Below are positions 46,288 to 57,957 of a stretch of DNA of 64,000 nt, in pieces. Source of the stretch: Macrostomum hystrix (lineage: Eukaryota; Animalia; Platyhelminthes); the NCBI GenBank assembly GCA_950097015.1, contig CATNEN010000030.1:930001-994000 (forward strand), written 5' to 3'. A program made the translations under genes and the position numbers. The notes below the pieces were generated by a model that worked only from the letters and a program-made list of their open reading frames with translations, was not told where the DNA came from and made no database searches. Position 1 is the first letter of the stretch, and each line of letters begins with the position of its first letter.

Positions 46288-47589
46288 TTATTTATAAAAT
46301 GATGGAAGATTAGTAGCATTGTTCTCTGTAACTTTCGCGTAAGCGGCCTGCAGGTGCGAATTCCCCACCTCGTACATGTGCTCCCTGGCGGCTAGCATAG
46401 CGGCTTCGCGTACAACGGCTTGAATGTCGGCTGCGCTGAGCTGTCTGGCCGATTGCACAATGGGATCAACGTCCAGATCAGGCGCGGTGCTGACCTTCTC
46501 CAATACCGTCTGCAATATGCTGCGCCGCTCCCGCTGGTCCGGATAGGGGAACTCCAGCTTGCGGTCCAGCCGGCCCGGTCTCAGGAGCGCCGGGTCGAGG
46601 ATCTCCGGCCGGTTCGTGGCCATGATGACCACAACATTCGACAGGCGATCGAAGCCGTCCATCTGGACTAGGAATTCCATCAGGATGCGCTGAATTTCTT
46701 TCTCGCCGCTGCCCATCACATTCTCATTGCGACGAATGGCAACGGAGTCGATCTCGTCTACGAACAGTATGGAGGGGGCCCTCTCCCTGGCCAGGCGAAA
46801 CACTTCGCGCACCTTGCGCGGCCCTTCTCCGCTGAACATCTTGACAAACTCGGAGCCAACAGCGTAGATGAATGTGGCTGACGTGGCGTGGGCCACTGCC
46901 TTAACCAGCATGGTCTTGCCGCAGCCGGGCGGGCCGTACAGCAGAATACCGCGCGGGGGGTCGATGCCCAGCTGCTCCATCAGTTGTCGCTGGTTAAGCG
47001 GCAGTTCTACTAGTTCTCTCAGCTCCATCTTCTGATGCTCAAGGCCGCCAATGTCCGAGTAACAAACTTCTGGTCGGCTGCTGGGATCCAGTACGGACAC
47101 TCCGGCGTTGGCCTCGTCCGGGAAGATGTCAATCAGGCATGAGGGCACGAAGCTGGTCGAGCCGTGCTCGAAGATGCCGAAGAGAAGCACCTGAACGCCT
47201 GGCGTTAGGCGTTCGCGATCAATTTCCGGCAGAGTGTGGACGATCATCTCGATGCCGTCGCACTCAACGACAGACTCTTCGCTCTCCGGAATAAAGAATG
47301 AGAAGGTGGCTAAGCGAAGCGGAGTCTCGTCTATCAGACTCTTGAGTCGCTTCTTGAGCTCGTTCTCACGATTGCGCAGATTCCGAATCTCCTGCTCAGT
47401 GACCGCAGTCAGCGTTTTAACCGCTTCGATTTCGCCCAGCATCGATTGGTAGCGGGCGAAGATGTCGCTGGTGGCACCTTCACCTTCATCTTCTCGATTG
47501 AATAGATTCAATACGGTTTCTTCCATGCCGTTCTTCTTCTTGTTCGAAGAAGAGGAGCCTGAATCAGATGAGTCAAGGTAGAATTCCAT
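46288..47589 (-). CDS. PSMC4: 26S proteasome regulatory AAA-ATPase Rpt3-like, divergent and intronless, 433 aa
   Basis: DIGG, GIDPPRG, Walker A GPPGCGKT, KAVAH, Walker B FVDEID, LDPALLRPGRLDRK, and C-terminal FYK (HbYX) as in PSMC4. Confidence 0.85.
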   Translation of the reverse strand: MEFYLDSSDSGSSSSNKKKNGMEETVLNLFNREDEGEGATSDIFARYQSMLGEIEAVKTLTAVTEQEIRNLRNRENELKKRLKSLIDETPLRLATFSFFIPESEESVVECDGIEMIVHTLPEIDRERLTPGVQVLLFGIFEHGSTSFVPSCLIDIFPDEANAGVSVLDPSSRPEVCYSDIGGLEHQKMELRELVELPLNQRQLMEQLGIDPPRGILLYGPPGCGKTMLVKAVAHATSATFIYAVGSEFVKMFSGEGPRKVREVFRLARERAPSILFVDEIDSVAIRRNENVMGSGEKEIQRILMEFLVQMDGFDRLSNVVVIMATNRPEILDPALLRPGRLDRKLEFPYPDQRERRSILQTVLEKVSTAPDLDVDPIVQSARQLSAADIQAVVREAAMLAAREHMYEVGNSHLQAAYAKVTENNATNLPSFYK

Positions 47590-49518
47590 CGACCATCACA
47601 AATTGTTGATCTTGCTAAGCTGGTAAGCTAAGCTGCTTGCTAAGCTAAGCTGCTCCTTCTAGAACTGGCGAATGCAGCTCGCTAAATTTCAGCTCTTAAT
47701 GGTCATAGACTAAATGTTCTTTCTTCAAGATTTCGATGGCACCACTTTTAGCTGTTGCAATCGTATTCGTTTTTTAGTTAATTATTATAGTTTTACTATA
47801 AGTTTTATATATTTCGCTTTACATAAGAGTTTTCTGAGTTCCTTAGTGGGACCCATAGATACTAAAAGTTATTTTAGAAATAAGTTATTTTAGTATCTAT
47901 GGTGAGACCAATGTGAACTGACTCAGATATTTGCGTATGACTAACTAAAACATTAACCCTTATGACCATGCAGCTTATACGCATAAGAGAACTAATTCGT
48001 AAAAAAAGACTAGCTAGAAGATTTCCTGTGCTCCTTATATAAAAGAAAACTATTTGCGAATCGTTCAACTATTCCGTCCGTCGCTTGTGGTTGTGCTAGT
48101 TTCGGAAGTTATTAAAAGCTATTCTATTGTGACAATTTCGACGATGCCAGATGCGTATACTATCTAAATACAATAGATTATTTAAAGATTGTCTATCTTT
48201 AATGTATTGTTTCGATTAAAATGGATGTTCGTTTAGTTAAAGCCAATCAATTTACCCGAAACACGTGCATGAGGTTTGATAAAAAATTAATGGACATAAT
48301 GACTGTCATGATGCTGCTACGCCAACATATATTTATTATATTATTCTATATCACGAAAATAAAAAAGAACGTAATAATGAAACAAAAACATACAAAGAAA
48401 GTATTTGAAACAGTTTGGTAGATATCTCCCAGCTAACTGCTAAACTAAACAAAAAACGAATTAAAATTTATTTACTGCATCACTGGGCTTTGTTTAAAAC
48501 AGAGCTTAATTTCATTGACTACAATTTTTAGACGTCTATTTTTGTAAGATTCCTCTAAAAGATTCGTCCGTTACGTTCATTTTCTCCTTTCGATCCAAGA
48601 AATCTTTCTGATTTACATTTTCTGAAAAAGTGGTTTAATTCCTATTAGAAAGAATAATTTAATCTAATTTTATCATAGAAAAAAGTCACCATTTCTACTA
48701 AGCCCTCGTTACCTGTAAACGACGCACTCATAATTAAAAAAATGTGTCACAGTCCATAGCAATTCTTTATTTACAAATAATTGGCATATAAGCATCTAGT
48801 ATAGTACTAAATAAAACTGAATTAATTAAGTTTTATCTGACGGTAAGTAAAGCGTAAATCATACTTTTGGAATAAGCTGTTTTAATAGACTCCTTCTTTA
48901 TAATTAAAGTTATTACTGTCATTTTTTTGTATATACATAAATACATCATGTGGCTACTTGCATTTATAGGATTAAAAGCGTGGCTTAAATATTTTCTTTC
49001 GTTTATCGTCTGGTAAATATTGCCAATGGTAGCTTTCATGGGATATTTCAACATATACTACAATGCATTCAATAAACTGCCAACAATAATAGATAAACCA
49101 ACATTAGTTTTTTGAGCAACATAACTTGTTTCTAATGAAGAGAATAGCTAATTTATTTACATAGGCACATAATAATAACAACTGTAACTCAATTTGTTTT
49201 GATATTTTGTTCAGCTGTCTTGCTGGTTTAGACATTTAAATGATTATATTCTTGCAAACAGAAAGCTACATACGCTCATAGCCTGCTTCTTTACAAATGT
49301 CAGTGTAAAGAATGTGGCCTTAATGTAGGCATTATCAGATGATGCTCTACAAAGGCACTAGAAGCTCTAATTTGTTATAAATTAAAGCTTGCATATTTAA
49401 AAAATATTTTGTGTTTAAAATACTCGTAAGATATGATTAAGAAATTTGTCAGAAATTATTATATATCTATATTATACTCATACTAAATCAGTGACCTGTT
49501 CCTCTTAATTTGAAATAG

Positions 49519-49764
49519 ATGGACACAGACGATGAGCTATTCAAGCAGTTGGTCGACGCAGTGAACTATGGCAATCTGGAGGCTCTGGAACTGCTGGCCC
49601 AGTCGCATGTAGATCATTGCGCCAGTGTTATAAACCGACCCACAGGAGATGGCCAGACTCTGCTATATATTTCTGTTGTCAAAGGTCGGCCAGCATGTGT
49701 TGAGCAACTTCTAGCTATGGGATCTGATCCCAACTTGTTGTGTAATGGAAAGAAGAGGAAACAG
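49519..49764 (+). CDS. Lrrk: LRRK gene, exon 1 in window (ankyrin repeats)
   Basis: GQTLLYISVVKGRPACVEQLLAMGSDPN ankyrin repeat; donor cag|gtgcgt, phase 0; AG immediately before the ATG. Confidence 0.7.
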
Positions 49765-49949
49765 GTGCGTCCAAGGTTCAGTTGGATTATTTTAGTTTGA
49801 TATAAATAAGTTACTTATTGAGTTATAGAATTTCTTCTCGCAAGTTTATATAGGCTTTAGACTTAAGTTTGCTAGTTATTTTTTAAGCTATTTATTTATA
49901 ACTAACTAGTTTATTTATTAGCTAGTTGGTTAACTGGAGGTAATAAAAA

Positions 49950-50364
49950 TTTAGTTAGCTAAGTTAGTTAGTTAGTTAGTTAGCTAGTTAGTTAGTTAGT
50001 AAGATAGTTAGTTAGTAAGATAGTTATTGAGTTAGCTAGTTAGTTAGTTAGATAGTTAGCTATTTAGCTAGCTAGTTAGTTAGTTAGATAGTTAGTTAGT
50101 TAGATAGTTAGTTAGTTAGATAGTTAGTTAGTTAGATAGTTAGTTATTTAGTTAGCTAGTTAGTTAGTTAGATAGTTAGTTTGCTAGTTAGTTAGTTAGT
50201 TAGTTTGCTAGTTTGCTAGTTAGTTAGTTAGATAGTTGGTTAGTTAGATAGTTAGTTATTTAGTTAGCTAGTTAGTTAGTTAGATAGTTAGTTAGTTAGA
50301 TAGTTAGTTAGTTAGATAGTTAGTTATTTAGTTAGCTAGTTAGTTAGTTAGATAGTTAGTTTGC

Positions 50365-50423
<59 letters not shown>

Positions 50424-50433
50424 CTATTTAGTC

Positions 50434-50506
<73 letters not shown>

Positions 50507-50750
50507 GCTAGTTTGCTAGTTAGTTAGTTAGATAGTTAGTTATTTAGTTAGCTAGTTAGTTAGTTAGATAGTTAGTTAGTTAGTTTGCTACGAGCGTAGT
50601 TTGCTAGTTAGTTGGCTAGATAGTTAGTTAGTTAGTTAGTTTGCTAGTTTGCTAGTTAGTTAGTTAGATAGTTAGTTAGTTAGTTTGCTACGAGCGTAGT
50701 TTGCTAGTTAGTTAGCTAGTTAGTTATAATAGTTAGCTAGATAGTCAGTC
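49950..50750. repeat. (TTAG)n microsatellite, LRRK intron 1
   Basis: About 800 bp with interruptions. Confidence 0.95.
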
Positions 50751-50798
50751 AGTTTCCCTTGCTTCCAAGCGGCCTCCCTTGATCTCGCCTATCGTTAG

Positions 50799-51030
50799 AC
50801 CGCGCTGCATCGGGCAATCGAAGAAGGCCAAGCTGAGATTGTCTGCTCCCTGCTGACCGATAGGCCGCGCACCACAGCGGTTCCAGCGTCAACGGGTTCT
50901 GAGAGCAGCCCGCGCTGCAACATCTACAGAGAGGACGCCGCGGGAGTCAGCTGCCTGCAACTCAGCCGTGATCTGCGCGCCGTCAGGAAACAGAGCGAAC
51001 ACATCTGCGAACTGCTGGAGGCCAAGAATG
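50799..51030 (+). CDS. Lrrk: LRRK exon 2 (ankyrin; not in the ORF track in this frame)
   Basis: atcgttag|ACC GCG CTG CAT = TALHRAIEEGQAEIVCSLL; donor aatg|gtgcgg, phase 1. Confidence 0.75.
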
Positions 51031-51354
51031 GTGCGGCTATTTTGGGGTCGCCGATCCTTCGCTCGGCTTGCCAAACCTTTATTAGTTAGAGTCGCCTATC
51101 CTTTATTGTGGTCGCGGATCGCAGACCATTTCAAAGCATTAAATTGTGCAAAAGCAATTGCCTAATCCTTTACATTGTTCTATAAAGAAGAAAAGCCTAA
51201 TTCTGGTCTAAAAGCAGTAGCAAAAAACTGCTTTACAGCACTGCTTACATTTTAATCCCGTTAAAATTCAGTGTTAAAATAGCCACAGGGCTAGTTTTTA
51301 TTATGATATTTATTCGAATCTTGACTCCTCATCGCTCATAAAAATTTTTTTTAG

Positions 51355-51499
51355 AGCAATACGAACTGGAGGCCAATGAGTTCTACAATCTCTGTCTGAC
51401 TTTCGATTGCGAAGCAATCAGTCGGGCTGCTAAAAGAATCTTTCGTTTGGACAAAGTAATTAATAGGTGTCCCCAGGACTCCTACTCGTTATTGTACAG
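51355..51499 (+). CDS. Lrrk: LRRK exon 3
   Basis: tttttttag|, phase 1; EQYELEANEFYNLCL...VINRCPQDSYSLLYR; donor acag|gtgaga, phase 2. Confidence 0.7.
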
Positions 51500-51559
51500 G
51501 TGAGAAAGAACAAAAATGTCTTAGTTATAGTTATTTTCTCATTTTTAATGTACTCTACC

Positions 51560-52047
51560 TCAGTCGCTTCTAAAGAACCATTAAACTTGTCCCCATTTTA
51601 CACTGGCTCAGTCACTTCTAAAGAACCATTAAACTTGTCCCCAATGTACACTGGCTCAGTCACTTCTAAAGAACCATTAAACTCGTCCCCAATGTACACT
51701 GGCTCAGTCACTTCTAAAGAACCATTAAACTCGTCCCCAATGTACACTGACTCAGTCACTTCTAAAGAACCATTAAACTCGTCCCCAATGTACACTGGCT
51801 CAGTCACTTCTAAAGAACCATTAAACTCGCCCCCAATGTACACTGACTCAGTCACTTCTAAAGAACCATTAAACTCGTCCCCAATGTACACTGGCTCAGT
51901 CACTTCTAAAGAACCATTAAACTCGCCCCCAATCTACACTGGCTCAGTCACTTCTAAAGAACCATTAAACTCGCCCCCAATGTACACTGGCTCAGTCATT
52001 TCTAAAGAACCATTAAACTCGCCCCCAATGTACACTGGCTCAGTCAC
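51560..52047. repeat. 48-bp minisatellite, LRRK intron 3
   Basis: 16-aa periodic ORF; ~10 copies. Confidence 0.95.
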
Positions 52048-52194
52048 ACAAGGAACCCCTAAAAGACATGCTCATTAAGTTTTACAGCCCCAAAGTCACG
52101 CCAAAGAAGTCCACTAGTCTGCTTGTCATTCTGAGTTTTCAAACCTTAAAACTAGATTATAGAAACCAAGCGCAACCGCTCAAACTGTTTGCAG

Positions 52195-52621
52195 AGCATG
52201 CGAGCATGGCAAAGCTGATATTGTCGACTTTCTAGTCCGTCATGGCGCCCAGTGCCAGGCCCACCCGGTGACTGGCTACACCCCCTTGTACGTCGCCTGC
52301 GGTAAAGGCAATCTAGCCATTGTTGAACGCCTTATCTATCAATACCCGAAAGCGGTTGCCATAGCAACAACAAAGGAGCGCATGCTGCCGCTTCACGCCG
52401 CCTGTCTAGAAGGTCATCACGATGTTCTCAATCTTCTTTTGAAACTTTAACTATCCAGGAGGAGTGCCTTCAGAAGTTCTATGTCTACAGCCGCGGCGGC
52501 ATCGGTACTTATCGGGCCGCCTTCGATGTCAACGCTGAAGATGTTGACAGCTTTCTCAGCGCTGCAGCTGGCCACTTTGTGGGGCCACCTGGACGTACTG
52601 CGTTGCCTACTGAGCTTTAAG
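52195..52621 (+). CDS. Lrrk: LRRK exon 4 (ankyrin repeats; three apparent 1-nt insertions at 52446-52554)
   Basis: tttgcag|; ACEHGKADIVDFL, HPVTGYTPLYVAC, LPLHAACLEGH, then SALQLATLWGH; donor aag|gtaaat. Confidence 0.8.
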
Positions 52622-52725
52622 GTAAATATGATTGATTATTCTTTGCTTATTAATTGCATTCGTAACAACCAAAAAACAAAAGAAGAAAACAATACTGCCT
52701 TTGTTTTATTAAATTGATAATTCAG

Positions 52726-53154
52726 GTGTCAGCCAGTTTTCTACTCGACCAGCTGACATCGCCGACAACGGGCGACTCTGACGCCGGTGTCCTTGGCGCC
52801 GCCGGCAGCGATGACAGCCAAGCCGCAACGAATGCAGGCGCTGCGGCAGCTGGCGCCTCGGTGACAATCACGGACGGCAATCGCAGCGCCGTTCGCCGCG
52901 TCAGCCCGCTGAATCTGCGAAGCAAAGGCGCCGCCGTCCTAGTCCTGGCCATCAAAAAACAACAGCCGGACATTGTCCGGTGTCTTCTAGGCCATCTGGC
53001 TGGCGAAGTCAATGCCGACGTTGAAATTGAGGGCCGGCCGACTAGTCCGCTCCGCGTGGCAGTGGAGTCTGGACGATTGGAACTAGCCGACCTCCTGTTG
53101 CGTCACGGCGCTGTTGACAAGGGAGGCCAGCTGCTTACCGAAGCGCTAAGTCAG
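52726..53154 (+). CDS. Lrrk: LRRK exon 5 (ankyrin)
   Basis: ttcag|gtg, phase 0; SPLRVAVESGRLELADLLLRHGA; donor tcag|gtaaaa. Confidence 0.8.
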
Positions 53155-53163
53155 GTAAAATTT

Positions 53164-53840
53164 CAGATCGTAGATCCCAGATCGTAGATCCCAGATCGTA
53201 GATCCCAGATCGTAGATCCCAGATCGTAGATCCCAGATCGTAGATCCCAGATCGTAGATCCCAGATCGTAGATCCCAGATCGTAGATCCCAGATCGTAGA
53301 TCCCAGATCGTAGATCCCAGATCGTAGATCCCAGATCGTAGATCCCAGATCGTAGATCCCAGATCGTAGATCCCAGATCGTAGATCCCAGATCGTAGATC
53401 CCAGATCGTAGATCCCAGATCGTAGATCCCAGATCGTAGATCCCAGATCGTAGATCCCAGATCGTAGATCCCAGATCGTAGATCCCAGATCGTAGATCCC
53501 AGATCGTAGATCCCAGATCGTAGATCCCAGATCGTAGATCCCAGATCGTAGATCCCAGATCGTAGATCCCCGATCGTAGATCCCAGATCGTAGATCCCAG
53601 GTCGTAGATCCCAGATCGTAGATCCCAGATCGTAGATCCCAGATCGTAGATCCCAGATCGTAGATCCCAGATCGTAGATCCCAGATCGTAGATCCCAGAT
53701 CGTAGATCCCAGATCGTAGATCCCAGATCGTAGATCCCAGATCGTAGATCCCAGATCGTAGATCCCAGATCGTAGATCCCAGATCGTAGATCCCAGATCG
53801 TAGATCCCAGATCGTAGATCCCAGATCGTAGATCCCAGAT
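53164..53840. repeat. 14-bp near-perfect minisatellite (GATCCCAGATCGTA), LRRK intron 5
   Basis: About 48 copies. Confidence 0.97.
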
Positions 53841-53867
53841 CCCTAAAATACCCTAAAACACCGCCAG

Positions 53868-54849
53868 CTCGAATTCTCATCTGAGTCGGATCCAAGCGTT
53901 GCCAGCCAGCTGGTGACGCTGCTACTTCAACACCTGGCCAGCTCGGACAATGTCAACCGCATCAACCGGGACCAGCTGCTTGGCACCAGCGGCGGCGGTG
54001 GCAGCTCGATTGTCGGTGGCGGTGGCGACGGCGGCCTGACCGACTGCCAGTTCGAGTGCCTGTATCCATCGCTGCCTCGCCGCGCCGTCGCCCTACGCTG
54101 GTGCGGCATTCGCCGATTAACCGGCCTGAGCGTCGACTGGCTTCTAGCGGCCTGCCGACTGCACAATCCGCACCTCGGCCTCGACGCTTCGCCCGACGTT
54201 GCCCTGTGCGCCGTCACCAAAATAGATTTGTCCAACTGCGGCCTGGCCGAACTGCCATCGGAGCTGCTCGGCCTGCGAAGCCTGCGCGAGCTCAGCCTGG
54301 CCGGCAATGCCATTCGCCGACTGCCGACAGACTCCGAACTGCCAGTCTTAGCTTCTTCTTCTAGTTCCTCTGCCTCTGCTGGCGACTCGCTGCTGCCGAG
54401 CCTATCCGAGCTGAGCCTAGCCGGTAATCAGCTGACCAGCCTGCCCGAGTGGCTCTTCACAGCCGCCAGACTGCCGCAGTTGTCCACCCTCATCTGCTCC
54501 GGCAATCGCATCGACCGTCTGCCGGCTAGGATCTGGTTCGCTCCCCGGCTGCAGCTGCTAGATTTGGCCGACAACTGTTTATCCGGCCTGCCTGTTAAAG
54601 GCAGCCCCGAGGCTTGGCCCACTGCCGCCGCGGCTGCCGTCGCCGCAGCCGAAGCTGCAGCCGCAGTCCGCGGCAGCAACCAACAGTTCGTTGCCGCCCA
54701 ATTCGCCTATTGGCGGCGGTGGCGGTGGCAGCGGCGGCGTCTACGGTATGTTTCTCGGTGTTGGCGGCTTTGAGCCCGGCGGAGTGATGGTGACTAGCCT
54801 GCACCTCAATGTGGACACAATGGCCGAGTACACTGGGTGGGACGAGAAG
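53868..54849 (+). CDS. Lrrk: LRRK exon 6 (LRRs; one apparent +1 insertion near 54678)
   Basis: ccgccag|; AVTKIDLSNCGLAELP, LSELSLAGNQLTSLP, LDLADNCL; strong donor aag|gtaagt. The exon is 982 nt between phase-0 sites, i.e. one base too many. Confidence 0.8.
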
Positions 54850-55276
54850 GTAAGTCCCTACTGAAAACTTATCAGTAGATCCCCCCCTGGGGAATGATCA
54901 TGGGGTGTTTCAAATATCCTCTGCCTAATTCACGATATTCCACCCTCTACGATGTACTAAGCCGTCAAAGCCGTCCGATATCAGGAGACCCTGGTGACAA
55001 GGACAACAAGAACATTGCTCTGAATAATCTTCTATGGCGAATCCATATTGGTTAAAAATTAAAGATAAAAACAATTTAATTTAATCAATTCAAAATTGTC
55101 AAAAATCATAGCCGACATGGTAACATAATGAAATTATTATGCCTCTGTTAGTGGCTTTTGCCACCAGACACCGGACGAGAATCGTTGAATATCTCGACGA
55201 TGTCGTTGTTTTTTTATTGTGTTTTGTGAAGACCTGTCTTTTTGCTTCTGAAAGAATTGTTTTATGGATTTACGAT

Positions 55277-57180
55277 TTCCAATCTCATGAGTTCAGGTTT
55301 CCAATCTCATAAGTTCAGGTTTCCAATCTCATAAGTTCAGGTTTCCAATCTCATGAGTTCAGGTTTCCAATCTCATAAGTTCAGGTTTCCAATCTCATGA
55401 GTTCAGGTTTCCAATCTCATGAGTTCAGGTTTCCAATCTCATAAGTTCAGGTTTCCAGTCTCATGAGTTCAGGTTTCCAATCTCATGAGTTCAGGTTTCC
55501 AATCTCATAAGTTCAGGTTTCCAGTCTCATGAGTTCAGGTTTCCAGTCTCATGAGTTCAGGTTTCCAGTCTCATGAGTTCAGGTTTCCAGTCTCATGAGT
55601 TCAGGTTTCCAATCTCATAAGTTCAGGTTTCCAGTCTCATGAGTTCAGGTTTCCAGTCTCATGAGTTCAGGTTTCCAGTCTCATGAGTTCAGGTTTCCAA
55701 TCTCATAAGTTCAGGTTTCCAATCTCATGAGTTCAGGTTTCCAGTCTCATGAGTTCAGGTTTCCAATCTAATGAGTTCAGGTTTCCAATCTCATGAGTTC
55801 AGGTTTCCAGTCTCATGAGTTCAGGTTTCCAATCTCATGAGTTCAGGTTTCCAATCTCATAAGTTCAGGTTTCCAATCTCATGAGTTTAGGTTTCCAGTC
55901 TCATAAGTTCAGGTTTCCAATCTCATAAGTTCAGGTTTCCAATCTCATAAGTTCAGGTTTCCAGTCTCATGGGTTCAGGTTTCCAATCTCATAAGTTTAG
56001 GTTTCCAGTCTCATGAGTTCAGGTTTCCAATCTCATAAGTTCAGGTTTCCAGTCTCATGAGTTCAGGTTTCCAGTCTCATGAGTTCAGGTTTCCAATCTA
56101 ATGAGTTCAGGTTTCCAGTCTCATGAGTTCAGGTTTCCAGTCTCATGAGTTCAGGTTTCCAATCTCATGAGTTCAGGTTTCCAATCTCATAAGTTCAGGT
56201 TTCCAGTCTCATGAGTTCAGGTTTCCAGTCTCATAAGTTCAGGTTTCCAATCTCATAAGTTCAGGTTTCCAATCTCATAAGTTCAGGTTTCCAGTCTCAT
56301 GGGTTCAGGTTTCCAATCTCATAAGTTTAGGTTTCCAGTCTCATGAGTTCAGGTTACCAATCTCACAAGTTCAGGTTTCCAATCTCATAAGTTCAGGTTT
56401 CCAGTCTCATGAGTTTAGGTTTCCAGTCTCATAAGTTCAGGTTTCCAATCTCATGAGTTCAGGTTTCCAATCTCATGAGTTCAGGTTTCCAATCTCATAA
56501 GTTCAGGTTTCCAGTCTCATGAGTTCAGGTTTCCAATCTCATGAGTTCAGGTTTCCAATCTCATGAGTTCAGGTTTCCAATCTCATGAGTTCAGGTTTCC
56601 AGTCTCATGAGTTTAGGTTTCCAGTCTCATGAGTTCAGGTTTCCAATCTCATGAGTTCAGGTTTCCAATCTCATGAGTTCAGGTTTCCAATCTCATAAGT
56701 TCAGGTTTCCAGTCTCATGAGTTCAGGTTTCCAGTCTCATGAGTTCAGGTTTCCAATCTCATAAGTTCAGGTTTCCAGTCTCATGAGTTCAGGTTTCCAA
56801 TCTCATAAGTTCAGGTTTCCAATCTCATGAGTTCAGGTTTCCAATCTCATGAGTTCAGGTTTCCAATCTCATAAGTTCAGGTTTCCAGTCTCATGAGTTC
56901 AGGTTTCCAATCTCATGAGTTCAGGTTTCCAATCTCATAAGTTCAGGTTTCCAATCTCATAAGTTCAGGTTTCCAATCTCATGAGTTCAGGTTTCCAATC
57001 TCATGAGTTCAGGTTTCCAATCTCATAAGTTCAGGTTTCCAGTCTCATGAGTTCAGGTTTCCAATCTCATGAGTTCAGGTTTCCAATCTCATAAGTTCAG
57101 GTTTCCAGTCTCATGAGTTCAGGTTTCCAGTCTCATGAGTTCAGGTTTCCAATCTAATGAGTTCAGGTTTCCAGTCTCAT
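55277..57180. repeat. 22-bp minisatellite (GAGTTCAGGTTTCCAATCTCAT), LRRK intron 6
   Basis: About 86 copies; ends ~20 nt before the acceptor. Confidence 0.97.
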
Positions 57181-57201
57181 AAAAAATTCCCTATTTCGAA
57201 G

Positions 57202-57924
57202 GTGCTCACGAGATCCGGCCTGCGGCACAAGAGCCTGGAAGTGCAGCCAAATCCTCTAGCTGATCGATACAATGCGAATCAGTATCAGCAGCAGCAGCAG
57301 CAGCAACAGCACACTCTGAACACACTCATTCTCAGAGGCAATCGGCTTCGCTCCTGTCCCAAGGGTCTGTCCTGCCTCGCCTCATCTCTTCGCCGTCTTG
57401 ACCTCGGAGCCAATCAGATCACGGATGTGTCGCATATCTGGGATTTCCCCTGCTGTCTGGAGCATCTGGACCTTAGTGGCAACTCCATCGACAGCCTGGA
57501 AGAATGGTGCCGGACGGACATTGTGCCCGATCTGTGCTTCCTAACCCAGCGCTCCCTATCCGAGCATCAGCAGCAGCCGATGCCAAAGGGCTGCCAGCAT
57601 CGTCAACACCGCCTTCTGGACCAGTTGAAGGTGCTGAATCTGCGCGGCAATCCCGTCAAGGTGCTGCAGTTCAGCATCTCGCCTGGCGGTGTGGGCCAAC
57701 CGGTTCCGGCTGCGCCGCCGCCTCCGCCAACCCTGCTGTTTCCTGGACTGAATCAGTTGAATTTGTCGCGAAATCAGCACCTCACCGATCTGCCAGACGA
57801 TGTCTGCCGAATGGAACACCTGACTAGCCTGAGTCTGGCATGGACTGCCGTTCATCAACTGCCTCCCAGCCTGTCTGGCCTGCACTGGCTCTCCCTGCTG
57901 GAGCTGGACGGCTGTCCGCTGCAG
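57202..57924 (+). CDS. Lrrk: LRRK exon 7 (LRRs)
   Basis: ttcgaag|gtg; LNTLILRGNRL, LRRLDLGANQI, LKVLNLRGNP, LNQLNLSRNQHLTDLP; donor cag|gtgagc. Confidence 0.85.
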
Positions 57925-57957
57925 GTGAGCGGTGAATACCGATGGAAGGATTAATAT

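Noticed and set aside
49950-50750. (TTAG)n as an interstitial telomere
   Set aside because: The unit is neither TTAGGG nor TTAGG; it is an ordinary intronic microsatellite.
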